DNA of 64,000 nucleotides, from assembly GCA_963845355.1 (NCBI GenBank), contig CAWJRV010000038.1:13590-77589 (forward strand). Direction: 5' to 3'. Below the pieces are notes generated by a model. It did not search any database. It was not told where the DNA came from and was given only the letters and a program-made list of their open reading frames with translations. Position numbers and translations under genes: made by a program. Shown here one piece after another: positions 1 through 9,717 of this stretch (position 1 is its first letter; each line of letters begins with the position of its first letter). The stretch comes from an uncultured Actinomycetes bacterium (GTDB lineage Bacteria > Actinomycetota > Thermoleophilia > UBA2241).

Positions 1-533
1 TCTTCGACTTCGTCGGTCGAGAAGGTCTTTGGCTCAGGACCGAAGCCATAGATGCGCCTGGCCTCGGCGGAGCCCCAGAACTCAGTGGTCCTGGGATCGT
101 ACTCCCAGCTACCGACGTGGCCGACCTCCTCGGCGCGGGCATAGCGCGCCTCCGACCTGCGCAGCTCCGCTTCGGCCCGCTTGCGCTCGCTGATGTCGAT
201 GGCGGTATGGACGGCGCCCGCGACGTTGCCGTCGCCGTCCTGCAGCGGCATCGCGGTGATGAAGAGGTCGCACCCGAGGGCGTCGCTGCGCACTTCGGCG
301 TAGTGCACCCCGCCGTCCACGAGCAGGTCCCCGAGCGGACATTCCGTGGGGACGGCGCCGGTGTGCATGAGCGCCGCGCAGCTGGTGCCCACGAGGTCGG
401 CCGGCTCACGGCCGAGAGCCTTCGCCAGTGACTCGCTCACCGCTACGACGCGGCGTTCGCGGTCGAGCACGAAGACGAGCTGCGAGCTGTCTGAGATCGC
501 TCGGGCCCAGAACTCGCGCCAGTCTTCGTTCAT
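1..533 (-). CDS. PAS-domain sensor protein, N-terminal part (gene runs off the left edge)
   Basis: Own minus-strand translation from ATG (531-533 complement): MNEDWREFWARAISDSSQLVFVLDRERRVVAVSESLAKALGREPADLVGTSCAALMH...AIDISERKRAEAELRRSEARYARAEEVGHVGSWEYD. This is a PAS fold, an ISERKxAE linker, then the start of a second PAS. The frame is open to position 1, so it is absent from the ORF track. Confidence 0.75.
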   Translation of the reverse strand, partial: MNEDWREFWARAISDSSQLVFVLDRERRVVAVSESLAKALGREPADLVGTSCAALMHTGAVPTECPLGDLLVDGGVHYAEVRSDALGCDLFITAMPLQDGDGNVAGAVHTAIDISERKRAEAELRRSEARYARAEEVGHVGSWEYDPRTTEFWGSAEARRIYGFGPEPKTFSTDEVE

Positions 534-758
534 CCGCTCCCTCCAGCCATCGACCCACTCACACAGGTGTCGGTCGCGAGGATACCCGGCATGAGGTCCC
601 GCGATGTTCGGACGTGCCCACGGGTCGACGCTGAAACAGTTCCGCGTGCGGGCGTCGGTTTCCTGTCGAAGCTCCGCAATGCGGGCGCCAACGGTTCCAA
701 GGCGGCCGCGGCGTGGGAGAGTGTGCCATCGGCCGACTATCTACCAGGGAGGGTACGA

Positions 759-956
759 ATGGTTGCAGCAACCGTCGCGGTGCTGGCGTTCTTGTGGTGG
801 CTGATCATCGTCGTCGCCTGGGTCATCTTCATCTTCATCACGATCAGCATCGCTCGCGCCAAGGGGCGCAGCGGGCTGCTGTGGGGCATCCTGGCCTGCT
901 TCTTCCCGCTGATCACCATCATCGTTCTGCTGGTGATCCCGCCGCGCCGCGCTTAG
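759..956 (+). CDS. small integral membrane protein (65 aa)
   Basis: Inner ATG of ORF 567..956 with GGGAGGG just upstream. MVAATVAVLAFLWWLIIVVAWVIFIFITISIARAKGRSGLLWGILACFFPLITIIVLLVIPPRRA gives two hydrophobic helices. Confidence 0.6.
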   Translation: MVAATVAVLAFLWWLIIVVAWVIFIFITISIARAKGRSGLLWGILACFFPLITIIVLLVIPPRRA

Positions 957-1116
957 CGCGGGGCAAGCCGGGCCGCCGGACGGCCGGCGCTACGGGACAC
1001 GGCGATTGCCCAATGGCCGGCGCTACGGGACACGGCGATCGTCCCGTGGCGGCCGCTCTGCCACTTGGCTTGAGGGTGCCGGGCATCCGGCTGTGAGCGC
1101 TCGTTTCGGCGGCGCG

Positions 1117-3114
1117 TCAGGGAGCGTTGCCCCCGGTGACCGTCGTGAGGATGTCGCCCTGGCCGCCGGCCACCCAGCCGTGCTTGGGGCTGACGAAGCT
1201 CACGGCTCTGAGACCGCCGGTGCCGGCATCCTGCCTGGTCCACGTGGTGCCACCGTCCGTCGTGGCGATGACGCTCAGGGTGCCGCTGTAGGTGCTGCCG
1301 ACAGCCCAGCCGCGGGTCGCGTTGGCAAAGACGACGTCGCTGAGCTCGAGCCCCCACGCCGCGGGTTCGACCACGCGGGTCCACGTGGCGCCGCCGTTTG
1401 CGGTGCGGAAGATCTCGGTGAAGCCGTTGCCGAAGCCCACTGCGACGGCGTGCGTGGCATCGACGCAGGCGACGCTGTCGAGCGAGGCGTCGCTCGAATT
1501 GCCGTCGTTGGGGGGGAAGTAGTCGAGCTGCTGGGTCCAGGTGGCGCCGCCGTCGGTCGTGCCGACGATCACGCTGGAGTTGTCGCCGGCATCGCCCATG
1601 ACCTCACCGACCGCCCAGCCGTGGAGACCGTCCGAGGCGAAGGCGACGTCGTTGAGCGAGATGCCGCTGAGCCGGTTCGGGTTGACGGTCGGCAGGGACT
1701 GCTGCGCCCAGGTCGCACCGCCGTCGGTGGTATGCACGACGACACCGCCGCCGGTATCGCCCCAGTCTCGCCGGCCGACCGCCCAGCCCTGCTCGGCATC
1801 GACGAACGCGACGCCCGCCAGTTCGTAGGGCAGTCCGGAGATGCCGGTGGTCTGCTGAGTCCAGGTAGCGCCGCCGTCGCTGGTAGTGAGCACGACGCTG
1901 CTGCTCTCGCTGTTCAGCCAGTCGTTGCTGCCGCCGACCGCCCAGCCGTCGCCTGCGTTGATGAACGTGAGGTCGTTCAGGTCTTGAGAGGTACCCGACG
2001 ACTGGGCGGACCAGTCGGCCCCGCCGTCGGTGGTCTTGAGGATCTCGCCGCCCTGTCCGCTGGCCCAGCCGGTGCTTGCGTCCGTGAACTGCAGGGCGTC
2101 GATGGCGCCGGTCACGTCGGCGGTCACCCGCGTGGTCGGCTGCCAGGTGGCGCCGGAATCGGAGGTGTGGCTCAGGGAATCGAAGTAGCCGACCACCGCA
2201 TCGGACGCCGCCGGCGCCACGACCCAGGCCCACGGGCCGGTGGGAGACGTCGTCTGCTGAGTCCAGTCGGCGCCTCCGTCGGTCGTGCGGTAGACCGCGC
2301 CGGCCGTTGCCCAACCGTGCGTTGCGTCCGCGAACGAAAGCGCGCTGACCCTTGCGTGGGGCACGGCGAGCTGGACGGTCCAGTGAGCGCCCCCGTCTGT
2401 GGTGTGGACGATCTTGCCCTCGCCGGTCACCCAGCCTGAGTCCTTGTTGGCGAAGTAGACCTGGCTCAGGTTCTTGGCCAGGCCGGTGTGGAGGCGCTGC
2501 CAGGTCACGCCGCCATCGACGCTGCGCAACACCGTGTCGCCGGCGCCGGCGACCCACACTCGTCGTGCGCTGCGCGCCTGCACGCCGTGCAGGATGTCGT
2601 GTGTGGACATGACGTGCGCGGTCCAGTGCAGACCGCCGTCGGTCGTGTGCCAGACGGCCTCGCGCGAGGTCGCCCAGCCGTCCCTTGTGTTGTCGAAGCT
2701 GACGGCGCCCAGCCCCGCGTGGAAGTCGAGCCGCACACGCGTCCACAGCAGGCCGCCGTTGGTGGTTCGGTAGACGATCGCCGTACCATGCTTGCCGCTG
2801 GCCGGATCGCCGACCGCCCAGCCGTGGCTCGAGTTGGCGAAGGTGATCGCCGTGAAGGTGACGTTGTGGCGGGTCTGCATGGTCAGCGTGAAACCGCCAT
2901 CGGAGGTGTGAAAGATGGTACCGCCGCTGAGCAGCCAGCCGTGCGTGGCATCGCGGAAATAGCCCCCGCTGTAGGCGCCGCCCTGGGGCAGCGGGCTCTG
3001 CCACTGCCAGCCGCCGTTGCCGGTAGAGAGAGCGGAGGCGGAGCCGCACAGAAGGAGGACCGCCAGGAAGATCGTGAGCAGTACGCTGCCGCAACGAAGT
3101 GCATCGCGTGTCAT
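1117..3114 (-). CDS. secreted multi-blade beta-propeller protein with BNR/Ycf48-like TTDGGxxW repeats
   Basis: Start chosen at MTRDALRCGSVLLTIFLAVLLLCGSASA (signal peptide, GGGGGAGG RBS) inside ORF 1117..3903. There are more than 10 repeats of the type HTTDGGLHWT, RSVDGGVTWQ, TTDGGADWT. Confidence 0.85.
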   Translation of the reverse strand: MTRDALRCGSVLLTIFLAVLLLCGSASALSTGNGGWQWQSPLPQGGAYSGGYFRDATHGWLLSGGTIFHTSDGGFTLTMQTRHNVTFTAITFANSSHGWAVGDPASGKHGTAIVYRTTNGGLLWTRVRLDFHAGLGAVSFDNTRDGWATSREAVWHTTDGGLHWTAHVMSTHDILHGVQARSARRVWVAGAGDTVLRSVDGGVTWQRLHTGLAKNLSQVYFANKDSGWVTGEGKIVHTTDGGAHWTVQLAVPHARVSALSFADATHGWATAGAVYRTTDGGADWTQQTTSPTGPWAWVVAPAASDAVVGYFDSLSHTSDSGATWQPTTRVTADVTGAIDALQFTDASTGWASGQGGEILKTTDGGADWSAQSSGTSQDLNDLTFINAGDGWAVGGSNDWLNSESSSVVLTTSDGGATWTQQTTGISGLPYELAGVAFVDAEQGWAVGRRDWGDTGGGVVVHTTDGGATWAQQSLPTVNPNRLSGISLNDVAFASDGLHGWAVGEVMGDAGDNSSVIVGTTDGGATWTQQLDYFPPNDGNSSDASLDSVACVDATHAVAVGFGNGFTEIFRTANGGATWTRVVEPAAWGLELSDVVFANATRGWAVGSTYSGTLSVIATTDGGTTWTRQDAGTGGLRAVSFVSPKHGWVAGGQGDILTTVTGGNAP

Positions 3115-3315
3115 GGGAGCCTCCCCCTGCTGCCAGACGATGATGACAGTATACCGCTCGCACCGGGGCGCGGCGGCACCGGATGCGCAGCGGACTCGCG
3201 GGAGGTCCGTCGTTGCGGTGACTCGTTGCGGTGGCCTGGGTCGCGCGCGCGTGCCGGCGCGCGTAGTACACTGCACGCCGCAGGTTCTCCGTGAGATGGC
3301 GAGGAGACGTTCACC

Positions 3316-4116
3316 GTGTCGATAGAGCTCGAGAAGGCCAAGGCGCAGATCGCGGCCGGACAGTACAAGCAGGCAGTGAGCACGCTGTGGGAGGCGGAAC
3401 GGTGGGCCCAGGGCGACCTCACCGAGGCCCACGGCTTGCTCGCAGTGGCCACGGCGCTGCGCGACAAAGCCGACGGACGGCTCAGGGGCGACTGCGACTA
3501 CTTCATCAAGTGGGCCGAAAGATGCATCGAAAAGGAGTCGGCGAAGCCTCTCGTCGCGCTCGCGGCCAATGCCATCGCGGTGGTCGGAGGCTGTAACGTG
3601 CTGGGTGGCCACGGACTGCCCCCGCAGGTCGGACAGTCGTGGAACCTCATCTTCAGCCGGGGCAGGCTTCACCTGGTACGCGGTCTGGTGATCGCCGATG
3701 TCCCCTACGCGGACATCGTCGCGCTCGAGATAGGCGGACCGGCCGCGCAGCGTCGCGGCGGCGGGTTCTTTGCGGGCGGGTTCGGTGTCACCGGAGCCGC
3801 CGAGGGGATGCTCGTGGCGGCGGCCTTGAACCTTCTGACGACCAGCACCACAGTCAGCACCGTCGTGTGTCTCATGACGTCGTCTGCCGAACTCTTCCTG
3901 CACACATCGAGCGAGACGCCGGACGACCTTCGCATGCGCCTGTCGCCGGTGTTCTCCGTCCTGCGACAGCAGGAGTCGGCTCAGGCCACAAACCAGGGCA
4001 ATGGCGGTGGCAGCGCCGTAGAGCGCCTGGCGAAGCTGGCGGGCCTTCTCGAGAAGGACCTGATCTCGCGCGAGGAGTTCGATCGGCTGAAGGCCGATCT
4101 GCTGCAGATCGTCTGA
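3316..4116 (+). CDS. hypothetical protein with C-terminal SHOCT domain
   Basis: ORF 266 aa. The C-terminus VERLAKLAGLLEKDLISREEFDRLKADLL matches the SHOCT short C-terminal motif. The middle part is Gly-rich and hydrophobic. Confidence 0.7.
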   Translation: MSIELEKAKAQIAAGQYKQAVSTLWEAERWAQGDLTEAHGLLAVATALRDKADGRLRGDCDYFIKWAERCIEKESAKPLVALAANAIAVVGGCNVLGGHGLPPQVGQSWNLIFSRGRLHLVRGLVIADVPYADIVALEIGGPAAQRRGGGFFAGGFGVTGAAEGMLVAAALNLLTTSTTVSTVVCLMTSSAELFLHTSSETPDDLRMRLSPVFSVLRQQESAQATNQGNGGGSAVERLAKLAGLLEKDLISREEFDRLKADLLQIV

Positions 4117-4171
4117 GCCGCGGCGTCGCCTCCCATCAGCGCCGGAACCTCCGCAACCGCCAGAACCCCCG

Positions 4172-5152
4172 TCACCGCCAGAACCACGAGCCGGCGTGCA
4201 ACTTCTCGAGGCTCAGCTTCGTGGATCGCTCGTGGCCGTCGATGAGCCAGCGCACCGTCATGCGGGTGTACAGTCCGCCACGCACCCGCAGCGCCGTCAC
4301 GCTGCCGGGATGGCCGAAGAAGGTACCCAGCGCCTCGTTGGGGATGCCGTTGTCGATCCACACCGTGCCCAGGCCGTAGGCTCTGCGTGCGCTCCACACC
4401 CGCCAGTGCAGCCGGCCGCCCAGGTCGCCGACGTTGAACGTGCCGTCTCCGCTGGGAGTGATGGTGGCCGGTCGTACGGCAAACGCACCGTAGTTGATCT
4501 TCAGCAGACGTGGGGTGACGACGCGGAAGGGCGTGGCGTAGTCGCTGACACTCGTCGCGGTGGGACTCACGACCTTGACCCAGTAGTGCCTCGCGACCGG
4601 AAGAGCCGGCACAGTGGCCGCTATCGTGGTGTCGCTCACGACCCGGAACGTTGCATCGAGGGGGTCGGCCAGAACGAAGGGCTCGTCGCCCTGCGTCGGC
4701 CAGCGCCAGGCGCCGAAGGCTACCCGGGTGGCTCCCGTGAAGCCGGAGCCGGTCAGGGTGATCGCCTCGCCGCGGGAACCCCGGTGCTCGGACAGACCGG
4801 CCCGGCCGTCGATGGCGAAGTCACCGACGCTGGTGGCGGGGCCGTCGGGAGTCTGCACGGTGAGCGTGGCCTCAAGCGGCACAGCGGCAAAGAACGGCAC
4901 TGTTGCCACGATGGTCGTGTCGTCCGGCACAGTGAACGTCGCCTGTTTGGGTGAGTAGGCGAGGTCTGTGGGCGTGAAGGTGACCGCCGTTGCTCCGGTA
5001 AAGCCTGTGCCGGTCAGGGTGACCGACCAGGCGGGCGGACCCGACGCGGGCGCGAAGCCCGTCACGGTTGGCGCGGCGGCCGCTGCGCTCTGCGCCGCCA
5101 CCGCCGCCAAGGCAACGGCAAGCAGCACCGCAAGCACCACGAGCCTCTTCAT
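4172..5152 (-). CDS. secreted IPT/TIG (Ig-like) repeat protein
   Basis: Signal peptide MKRLVVLAVLLAVALAAVAAQSAAAA. Repeated PxVTGFAPASG...VTLTGTGFTGATAVTF and ITLTGSGFTGATRVAF modules are typical of IPT/TIG domains. Confidence 0.75.
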   Translation of the reverse strand: MKRLVVLAVLLAVALAAVAAQSAAAAAPTVTGFAPASGPPAWSVTLTGTGFTGATAVTFTPTDLAYSPKQATFTVPDDTTIVATVPFFAAVPLEATLTVQTPDGPATSVGDFAIDGRAGLSEHRGSRGEAITLTGSGFTGATRVAFGAWRWPTQGDEPFVLADPLDATFRVVSDTTIAATVPALPVARHYWVKVVSPTATSVSDYATPFRVVTPRLLKINYGAFAVRPATITPSGDGTFNVGDLGGRLHWRVWSARRAYGLGTVWIDNGIPNEALGTFFGHPGSVTALRVRGGLYTRMTVRWLIDGHERSTKLSLEKLHAGSWFWR

Positions 5153-5203
5153 AGTTTCACGGCTCCTCTTCGGGGTCGGTGATACGGCTCCTCTTCGGCT
5201 CGG

Positions 5204-5452
5204 TCACCCTTCCTTGACCTCGTAGATCTCGTCGGCGACGAGCCCGTGAGCCTCGCGATGCACGGCGCTGGCGTCCTCTGCCGTCGGAGCTTCCACCAGG
5301 CAGAAGATACGGCCCGCCTTCTCGTCGACCCAGTAGCGCCGGTAGTCCACGCCGCGCGCTTCCTGCGTCGCGACGTCCTTGCGGTGCGCCTCCGCCACGT
5401 CGTCTGCGGATACTCCGCCGTCGATCCTGTGAATGTCCATGTACAGGGGCAT
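5204..5452 (-). CDS. DUF4242 family protein (SCO4226-like)
   Basis: 82 aa: MPLYMDIHRIDGGVSADDVAEAHRKDVATQEARGVDYRRYWVDEKAGRIFCLVEAPTAEDASAVHREAHGLVADEIYEV. This is the family signature as I recall it. Confidence 0.85.
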   Translation of the reverse strand: MPLYMDIHRIDGGVSADDVAEAHRKDVATQEARGVDYRRYWVDEKAGRIFCLVEAPTAEDASAVHREAHGLVADEIYEVKEG

Positions 5453-5763
5453 ACTCTCCTCCGGGTTCGTTCTGATCTGTGATTTCCGTCAGATCGATGA
5501 CACCTTGGGCGTTCCCACCTTGGCGGACCCGCTGAACCGTTTGCCGGTCGGGATCGCGTCCGGCTCGGGCCGTTGCCCCGGCCCCACCACCCTGCTGCCG
5601 TTGCCCCCGCGCCGCGCCGCCACCGCCCTGCCCCCGACGCCGTCGCCGCAGCTTCTCCCTGTCGCAGCCTCTCTGGCCGTCGGTCCACGCCTCGCGGCAA
5701 CGGTTTTCGTCAGGGTCGCGGTGGCGATGCTCATGTGTCCGGCTCGGATGCGGGGAGGCGACC

Positions 5764-6144
5764 ATGACAGACCAGGCAGACCTCTTCTTTGAGGGGATCG
5801 GCAAGGGGCGGCACATAGAGCTTCTGGAGGGCAGATCGGGGACGGTCCTGGTCGAGCTGAAGGACGGCGAGAAAGCAGAAGCGAAGCGCTGGTATATCAC
5901 CATCCATCGCGGCGACGTGAGCGTGTCTCGCAGCGGCTCGAAGCCCGACTGCGTCCTGAGGATAGACAGCAAGACTTTCGAGGCGATGGTCGCCGGCAAG
6001 CTGAACGCCATGCCGGCGCTGTTGCGAGGGCTGGCCACCGTGGACGGCAAAGTCGAACTGATGGTCGCGCTGCAGACCCTGTTTCGGCCGTCGGCGGGAG
6101 CAAGCGACCTGCGCACGGCCGGATACGCGGGGAGGCGGTCATGA
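5764..6144 (+). CDS. SCP2 sterol-binding-domain protein
   Basis: 126 aa. CVLRIDSKTFEAMVAGKLNAMPALLRGLATVDGKVELMVALQTLF is the SCP2 C-terminal pattern. It overlaps the next gene by 4 nt (ATGA). Confidence 0.75.
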   Translation: MTDQADLFFEGIGKGRHIELLEGRSGTVLVELKDGEKAEAKRWYITIHRGDVSVSRSGSKPDCVLRIDSKTFEAMVAGKLNAMPALLRGLATVDGKVELMVALQTLFRPSAGASDLRTAGYAGRRS

Positions 6145-8237
6145 GCACCGACGTCAAGATCCTGGACGGCAACACGTTCGTCGTCAGCGACAACGCCGGC
6201 GACATCGAGGCCTCGATGACCGACCCGACCGGTCTGTTCTCGTTCGACACGCGCTTTTTGTCGAAGTGGGTGCTGACGGTCGACGGGCAGCGCCTGAACC
6301 CGCTCTCGGTCGATGATCTGCAGTACTTCGAGTCGCGCTTCTTTTTGGTCCCGGGTACGGGCACCGTCTACGTCGACGCCAAGCTCTCGGTCATTCGCCA
6401 GCGTGCCGTGGGCGGCGGTTTTCACGAGGAGCTCACGATCTTGAACCATGACGACAAGGCGATCGACCTCGCCGTGCGCATCGAAGCCGACTGTGACTTC
6501 GCCGACCTGTTCGAGGTCAAGGACGCCCTGAAGAAGCAGGGTGAGTACTACCGCCGCGTCGACGGCGCACGCCTGGTGCTCGGCTACCGGCGCGAAACCT
6601 ACAATCGTGAGACATGGATCTCGGCGACGGCGCCCGGCACGGTCGACGAGGAGGGCCTGAGCTTCGCCGTCCACATCGAGCCCCACGGACAGTGGACGAC
6701 CGACTTGCACGTCAGCCTGGGGGTCGGCGTCGGCGGCGCGAGCATGGCCGAGCCCAAGTACGAGCGCGGCGCCAAAAAGGCCCGGCCCAACATGGAGCGC
6801 AGCCTCGACAGGTGGCTCGACGAGGCGCCCCGCCTGGAATGCGACTGGGACCCGCTCAAGACGACCTATCACCGCAGCCTGGTCGACCTGGCGGCGTTGC
6901 GCTTCTCGCCGCCGGTGCTGGCCGGCCACAGCCTGCCGGCTGCCGGCCTGCCCTGGTTCATGACCATGTTCGGGCGCGACAGCATCTTCACGAGCCTGCA
7001 GGCGCTGCCCTTCACCTCAGAGCTCGCGGCCAGCACGCTCAAGGCGCTCGGCCTCTGGCAGGGGACGCGCGTCGACGACTTCCGCGACGAGGATCCCGGC
7101 CGCATCCTGCATGAGATGCGTTACGGCGAGATGACGGCCTTCGAGGAGCGGCCGCACTCGCCCTACTACGGCTGCGCCGACGCCACGGCCCTGTACGTCG
7201 TGCTGCTCGACGAATACGAGCGCTGGACGGGGGACACCAAGCTGGTGCGCATGCTCGAGCCGGTGGCCCGCGCGGCGCTGAAGTGGATCGACGCTTACGC
7301 CGACCTGCAGGGCAACGGCTACATCGCCTACAAGCGTCGCAACGAGAAGACCGGCCTCGAGAACCAGTGCTGGAAGGATTCCTGGGACTCGATCTCCTAC
7401 CACGACGGACGGCTGCCGGGGTTCCCGCGTGCGACCTGCGAGCTGCAGGGCTATGCCTACGACGCCAAGATGCGCGGCGCCCGGCTGGCCCGAGAAATCT
7501 GGAAGGATCCCGACTACGCCGACAGCCTCGAAAAGCAGGCCGCCGATCTGAAGCGCCGTTTCAATCGCGACTTCTGGGTGCCGGAAGGCGAGTACTTCGC
7601 GCTGGCTCTCGATGTCGACGGCGCCCAGGTCGACGCGCTCTCTTCCAACAACGGCCACCTGCTGTGGAGCGGCATCGTCGACAAGAACAAGGCCAAGGCG
7701 GTGGCGCGACGCCTGATGGGCTCGCGACTGTACTCGGGCTGGGGAGTCCGCACGCTGGCCGAAGGCGAGGGCCGCTACAACCCGATCGGCTACCACGTGG
7801 GCACCATCTGGCCCTTCGACAACTCGTTCATCGCCTGGGGCCTGCGCCGCTACGGCTTCAGGGAGGAGGCGGCGCGCATCGCGGCCGGCATCCTCGACGC
7901 GGCCGAGTTCTTCGACGGACGCCTGCCCGAGGCATTCGGCGGGTATGCCCGCGAGGTGACCAAATACCCGGTGCAGTACCCGACCGCCTGCAGCCCGCAG
8001 GCCTGGTCCACGGGAGCTCCACTGCTCTTTCTGCGGACCATGCTCGGCCTCGAGCCGGTCGGCGAGCATCTGGTCGTCGACCCCGCCCTGCCGCAGGGCA
8101 TCGGCCATCTCGAGCTGCTCGATATCCCGGGCCGCTGGGGTCGCATAGACGCCTTCGGGCGGGGCACCGTCGACGTCGCCAAGATGGGACGAGCGCGTCG
8201 GCAATTGGGCGTGGAACGCAAGCCCCGGGTGGCGTGA
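6141..8237 (+). CDS. amylo-alpha-1,6-glucosidase / glycogen debranching enzyme family protein
   Basis: 698 aa. The N-terminus ILDGNTFVVSDNAGDI...DTRFLSKW is the GDE N-terminal (bis) domain. The central part is PWFMTMFGRDSIFTSLQAL...YGCADATALYVVLLDEY...CWKDSWDS (GDE_C six-hairpin). Confidence 0.9.
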   Translation: MSTDVKILDGNTFVVSDNAGDIEASMTDPTGLFSFDTRFLSKWVLTVDGQRLNPLSVDDLQYFESRFFLVPGTGTVYVDAKLSVIRQRAVGGGFHEELTILNHDDKAIDLAVRIEADCDFADLFEVKDALKKQGEYYRRVDGARLVLGYRRETYNRETWISATAPGTVDEEGLSFAVHIEPHGQWTTDLHVSLGVGVGGASMAEPKYERGAKKARPNMERSLDRWLDEAPRLECDWDPLKTTYHRSLVDLAALRFSPPVLAGHSLPAAGLPWFMTMFGRDSIFTSLQALPFTSELAASTLKALGLWQGTRVDDFRDEDPGRILHEMRYGEMTAFEERPHSPYYGCADATALYVVLLDEYERWTGDTKLVRMLEPVARAALKWIDAYADLQGNGYIAYKRRNEKTGLENQCWKDSWDSISYHDGRLPGFPRATCELQGYAYDAKMRGARLAREIWKDPDYADSLEKQAADLKRRFNRDFWVPEGEYFALALDVDGAQVDALSSNNGHLLWSGIVDKNKAKAVARRLMGSRLYSGWGVRTLAEGEGRYNPIGYHVGTIWPFDNSFIAWGLRRYGFREEAARIAAGILDAAEFFDGRLPEAFGGYAREVTKYPVQYPTACSPQAWSTGAPLLFLRTMLGLEPVGEHLVVDPALPQGIGHLELLDIPGRWGRIDAFGRGTVDVAKMGRARRQLGVERKPRVA

Positions 8238-8323
8238 CGGGACGGCCATAACGGCGGGACCCGCGAGCGCCGGCCGGAGAGCCGCGAGGCCCGGAGAGGG
8301 CGGAGCGGCCGGGGCCGGCCCGC

Positions 8324-8980
8324 TCAGTGCAGCAGGTTGTCCAATCCCTGGGCGGTGAACAGCACGCCCATGACGCTGAAGACGCTGATCAGCAGGGCGC
8401 GGTTGTGCACGGTCAACCAGCCCTTGAGGCGGCCCAACCGCACCTCGGCCCACGCGCGACGCACGAGGTAGAGGATCAGCGGTATCACCACCGTGCACAG
8501 CGCCAGCAGCACGAAGAAGGCCAGGGCTGCGACCTCCTGATTGGCCGGTACGCCCGACTTGAGGATCTTCTGGGTGCCCGACGAGAGCAGCGCGTAGTTG
8601 GTCAGTGACAAGCCGAGCACGATGGCCACGGTGAAGCCGGCCTCGTCCATCTTCTGCATCCACTTGGGCGACTGGGCTTCGGTCTTCGACCGGCTGCGCC
8701 ACTGCAGAAAGGCCATCGTGAGGAAGGCGAGGCCGAACACGGTCTGCACGGCGGCCTGGCCGGTGGTCGACCCGGACTGCGTCGAGGAGCCGGCCTTGCC
8801 CAGCAGGAAGATCGTGAGCAGGCCATCGGCCAGCATGATGACGACCAGCGTGGCCACGAAGACCGCGGTGTTGCGCCGGCCGTGGTCGGTCGTGAGGAGC
8901 GTGACCGCGACAATGATCGGGACCGGGTTCACCGCGATCAGCAGCGCCGGCACGATCAGGCTGGTGAGCAGGTCTCCCAT
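8324..8980 (-). CDS. GAP family membrane protein (Sap/LysE-like)
   Basis: 218 aa with about 6 TM. The N-terminus MGDLLTSLIVPALLIAVNPVPIIVAVTLLTTDHGRRN is typical of the family. Confidence 0.75.
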   Translation of the reverse strand: MGDLLTSLIVPALLIAVNPVPIIVAVTLLTTDHGRRNTAVFVATLVVIMLADGLLTIFLLGKAGSSTQSGSTTGQAAVQTVFGLAFLTMAFLQWRSRSKTEAQSPKWMQKMDEAGFTVAIVLGLSLTNYALLSSGTQKILKSGVPANQEVAALAFFVLLALCTVVIPLILYLVRRAWAEVRLGRLKGWLTVHNRALLISVFSVMGVLFTAQGLDNLLH

Positions 8981-9232
8981 CGGCGAAGACGTCCCCCCGG
9001 ATACGGATGCGGTCGTAGCAAGCTACCCCCGGCGCGCGGACGCGAACCCTGAAGTCCGCCCAGCGCGTCGGCGGCGCCGCGGAGCCCATTGCCGGCGCCG
9101 CGGAGCCCGGTCGCCGTTTCGGGTCAGAGCAGAGTGTAGCGATTGCCGCGGGTGGGAAGCCATCTTTTGCGACCCCCGGGTCACAATGCTCTGCAGAGTT
9201 CCAACGCCCGATGCCCGACAAAGGGAGTTCCC

Positions 9233-9688
9233 GTGAGTGACGAGGTAGGCAAGCAGCTCGAAGACATCCAGGCGCTGTTCGTGCAGGTGGCGCGCACCAT
9301 GACGAGGGAAGGCGACCGGGTCACGTTCCACGGACTGGCGCCCGCGACGCTGTACTTCTCCGATCGGCCGGAGCGTGTCGTCGGACATCTGAGCGCCAAG
9401 CAGTTCGTCGCCGAATGGGGCGAGGGCGAGAACAGCTTCGCCGAGGATCCGCCCAATGCCGTGATCGCCTTTCTGGACACCGACGACGAGACGCCCGAGG
9501 ACGCCATCGTGGTGCTCAAGGATCCGGGCCTCGAGGGCGACACGCTGAGCTACACGGTGCAGATCCTCGAGGGGAGCCTGCCCGCCAAGGCTGAGTCGTG
9601 CTCGGTGTTCATCGATCCTTTCGGACGACCGCTTTCACCGGTCTCGCTGGCCGGCATGAACCGCCGCGCGCGGCGCCGCGGGCGCTAG
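9233..9688 (+). CDS. hypothetical protein
   Basis: GTG start with AAGGGAG RBS inside ORF 9143..9688. The 151 aa are acidic and have non-shadow composition. Confidence 0.6.
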   Translation: MSDEVGKQLEDIQALFVQVARTMTREGDRVTFHGLAPATLYFSDRPERVVGHLSAKQFVAEWGEGENSFAEDPPNAVIAFLDTDDETPEDAIVVLKDPGLEGDTLSYTVQILEGSLPAKAESCSVFIDPFGRPLSPVSLAGMNRRARRRGR

Positions 9689-9717
9689 TCGAGAACTTTC
9701 GCGCGATGCCGCTCGAG

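Noticed and set aside
1006-3271. ORFs 1006..2439(+) and 1604..3271(-) across the first propeller gene.
   Set aside because: These are alternative frames of the TTDGGxxW repeat gene. They have no independent motifs, and the repeats read cleanly only in the frame that was called.
5489-5734. An 81-aa Arg/Gly-rich ORF upstream of the DUF4242 gene. It was considered as a small peptide or RiPP precursor.
   Set aside because: There is no RBS, the composition is typical of a random GC-rich frame, and there are no modification enzymes nearby.
5157-9221. Very long minus-strand ORFs 5157..6929 (590 aa) and 7017..9221 (734 aa).
   Set aside because: They are antisense to the well-supported SCP2, glycogen-debranching and GAP-family genes. 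They are Arg/Gly/Ala/Pro-rich with no recognisable motifs. These are typical shadow ORFs of high-GC DNA.
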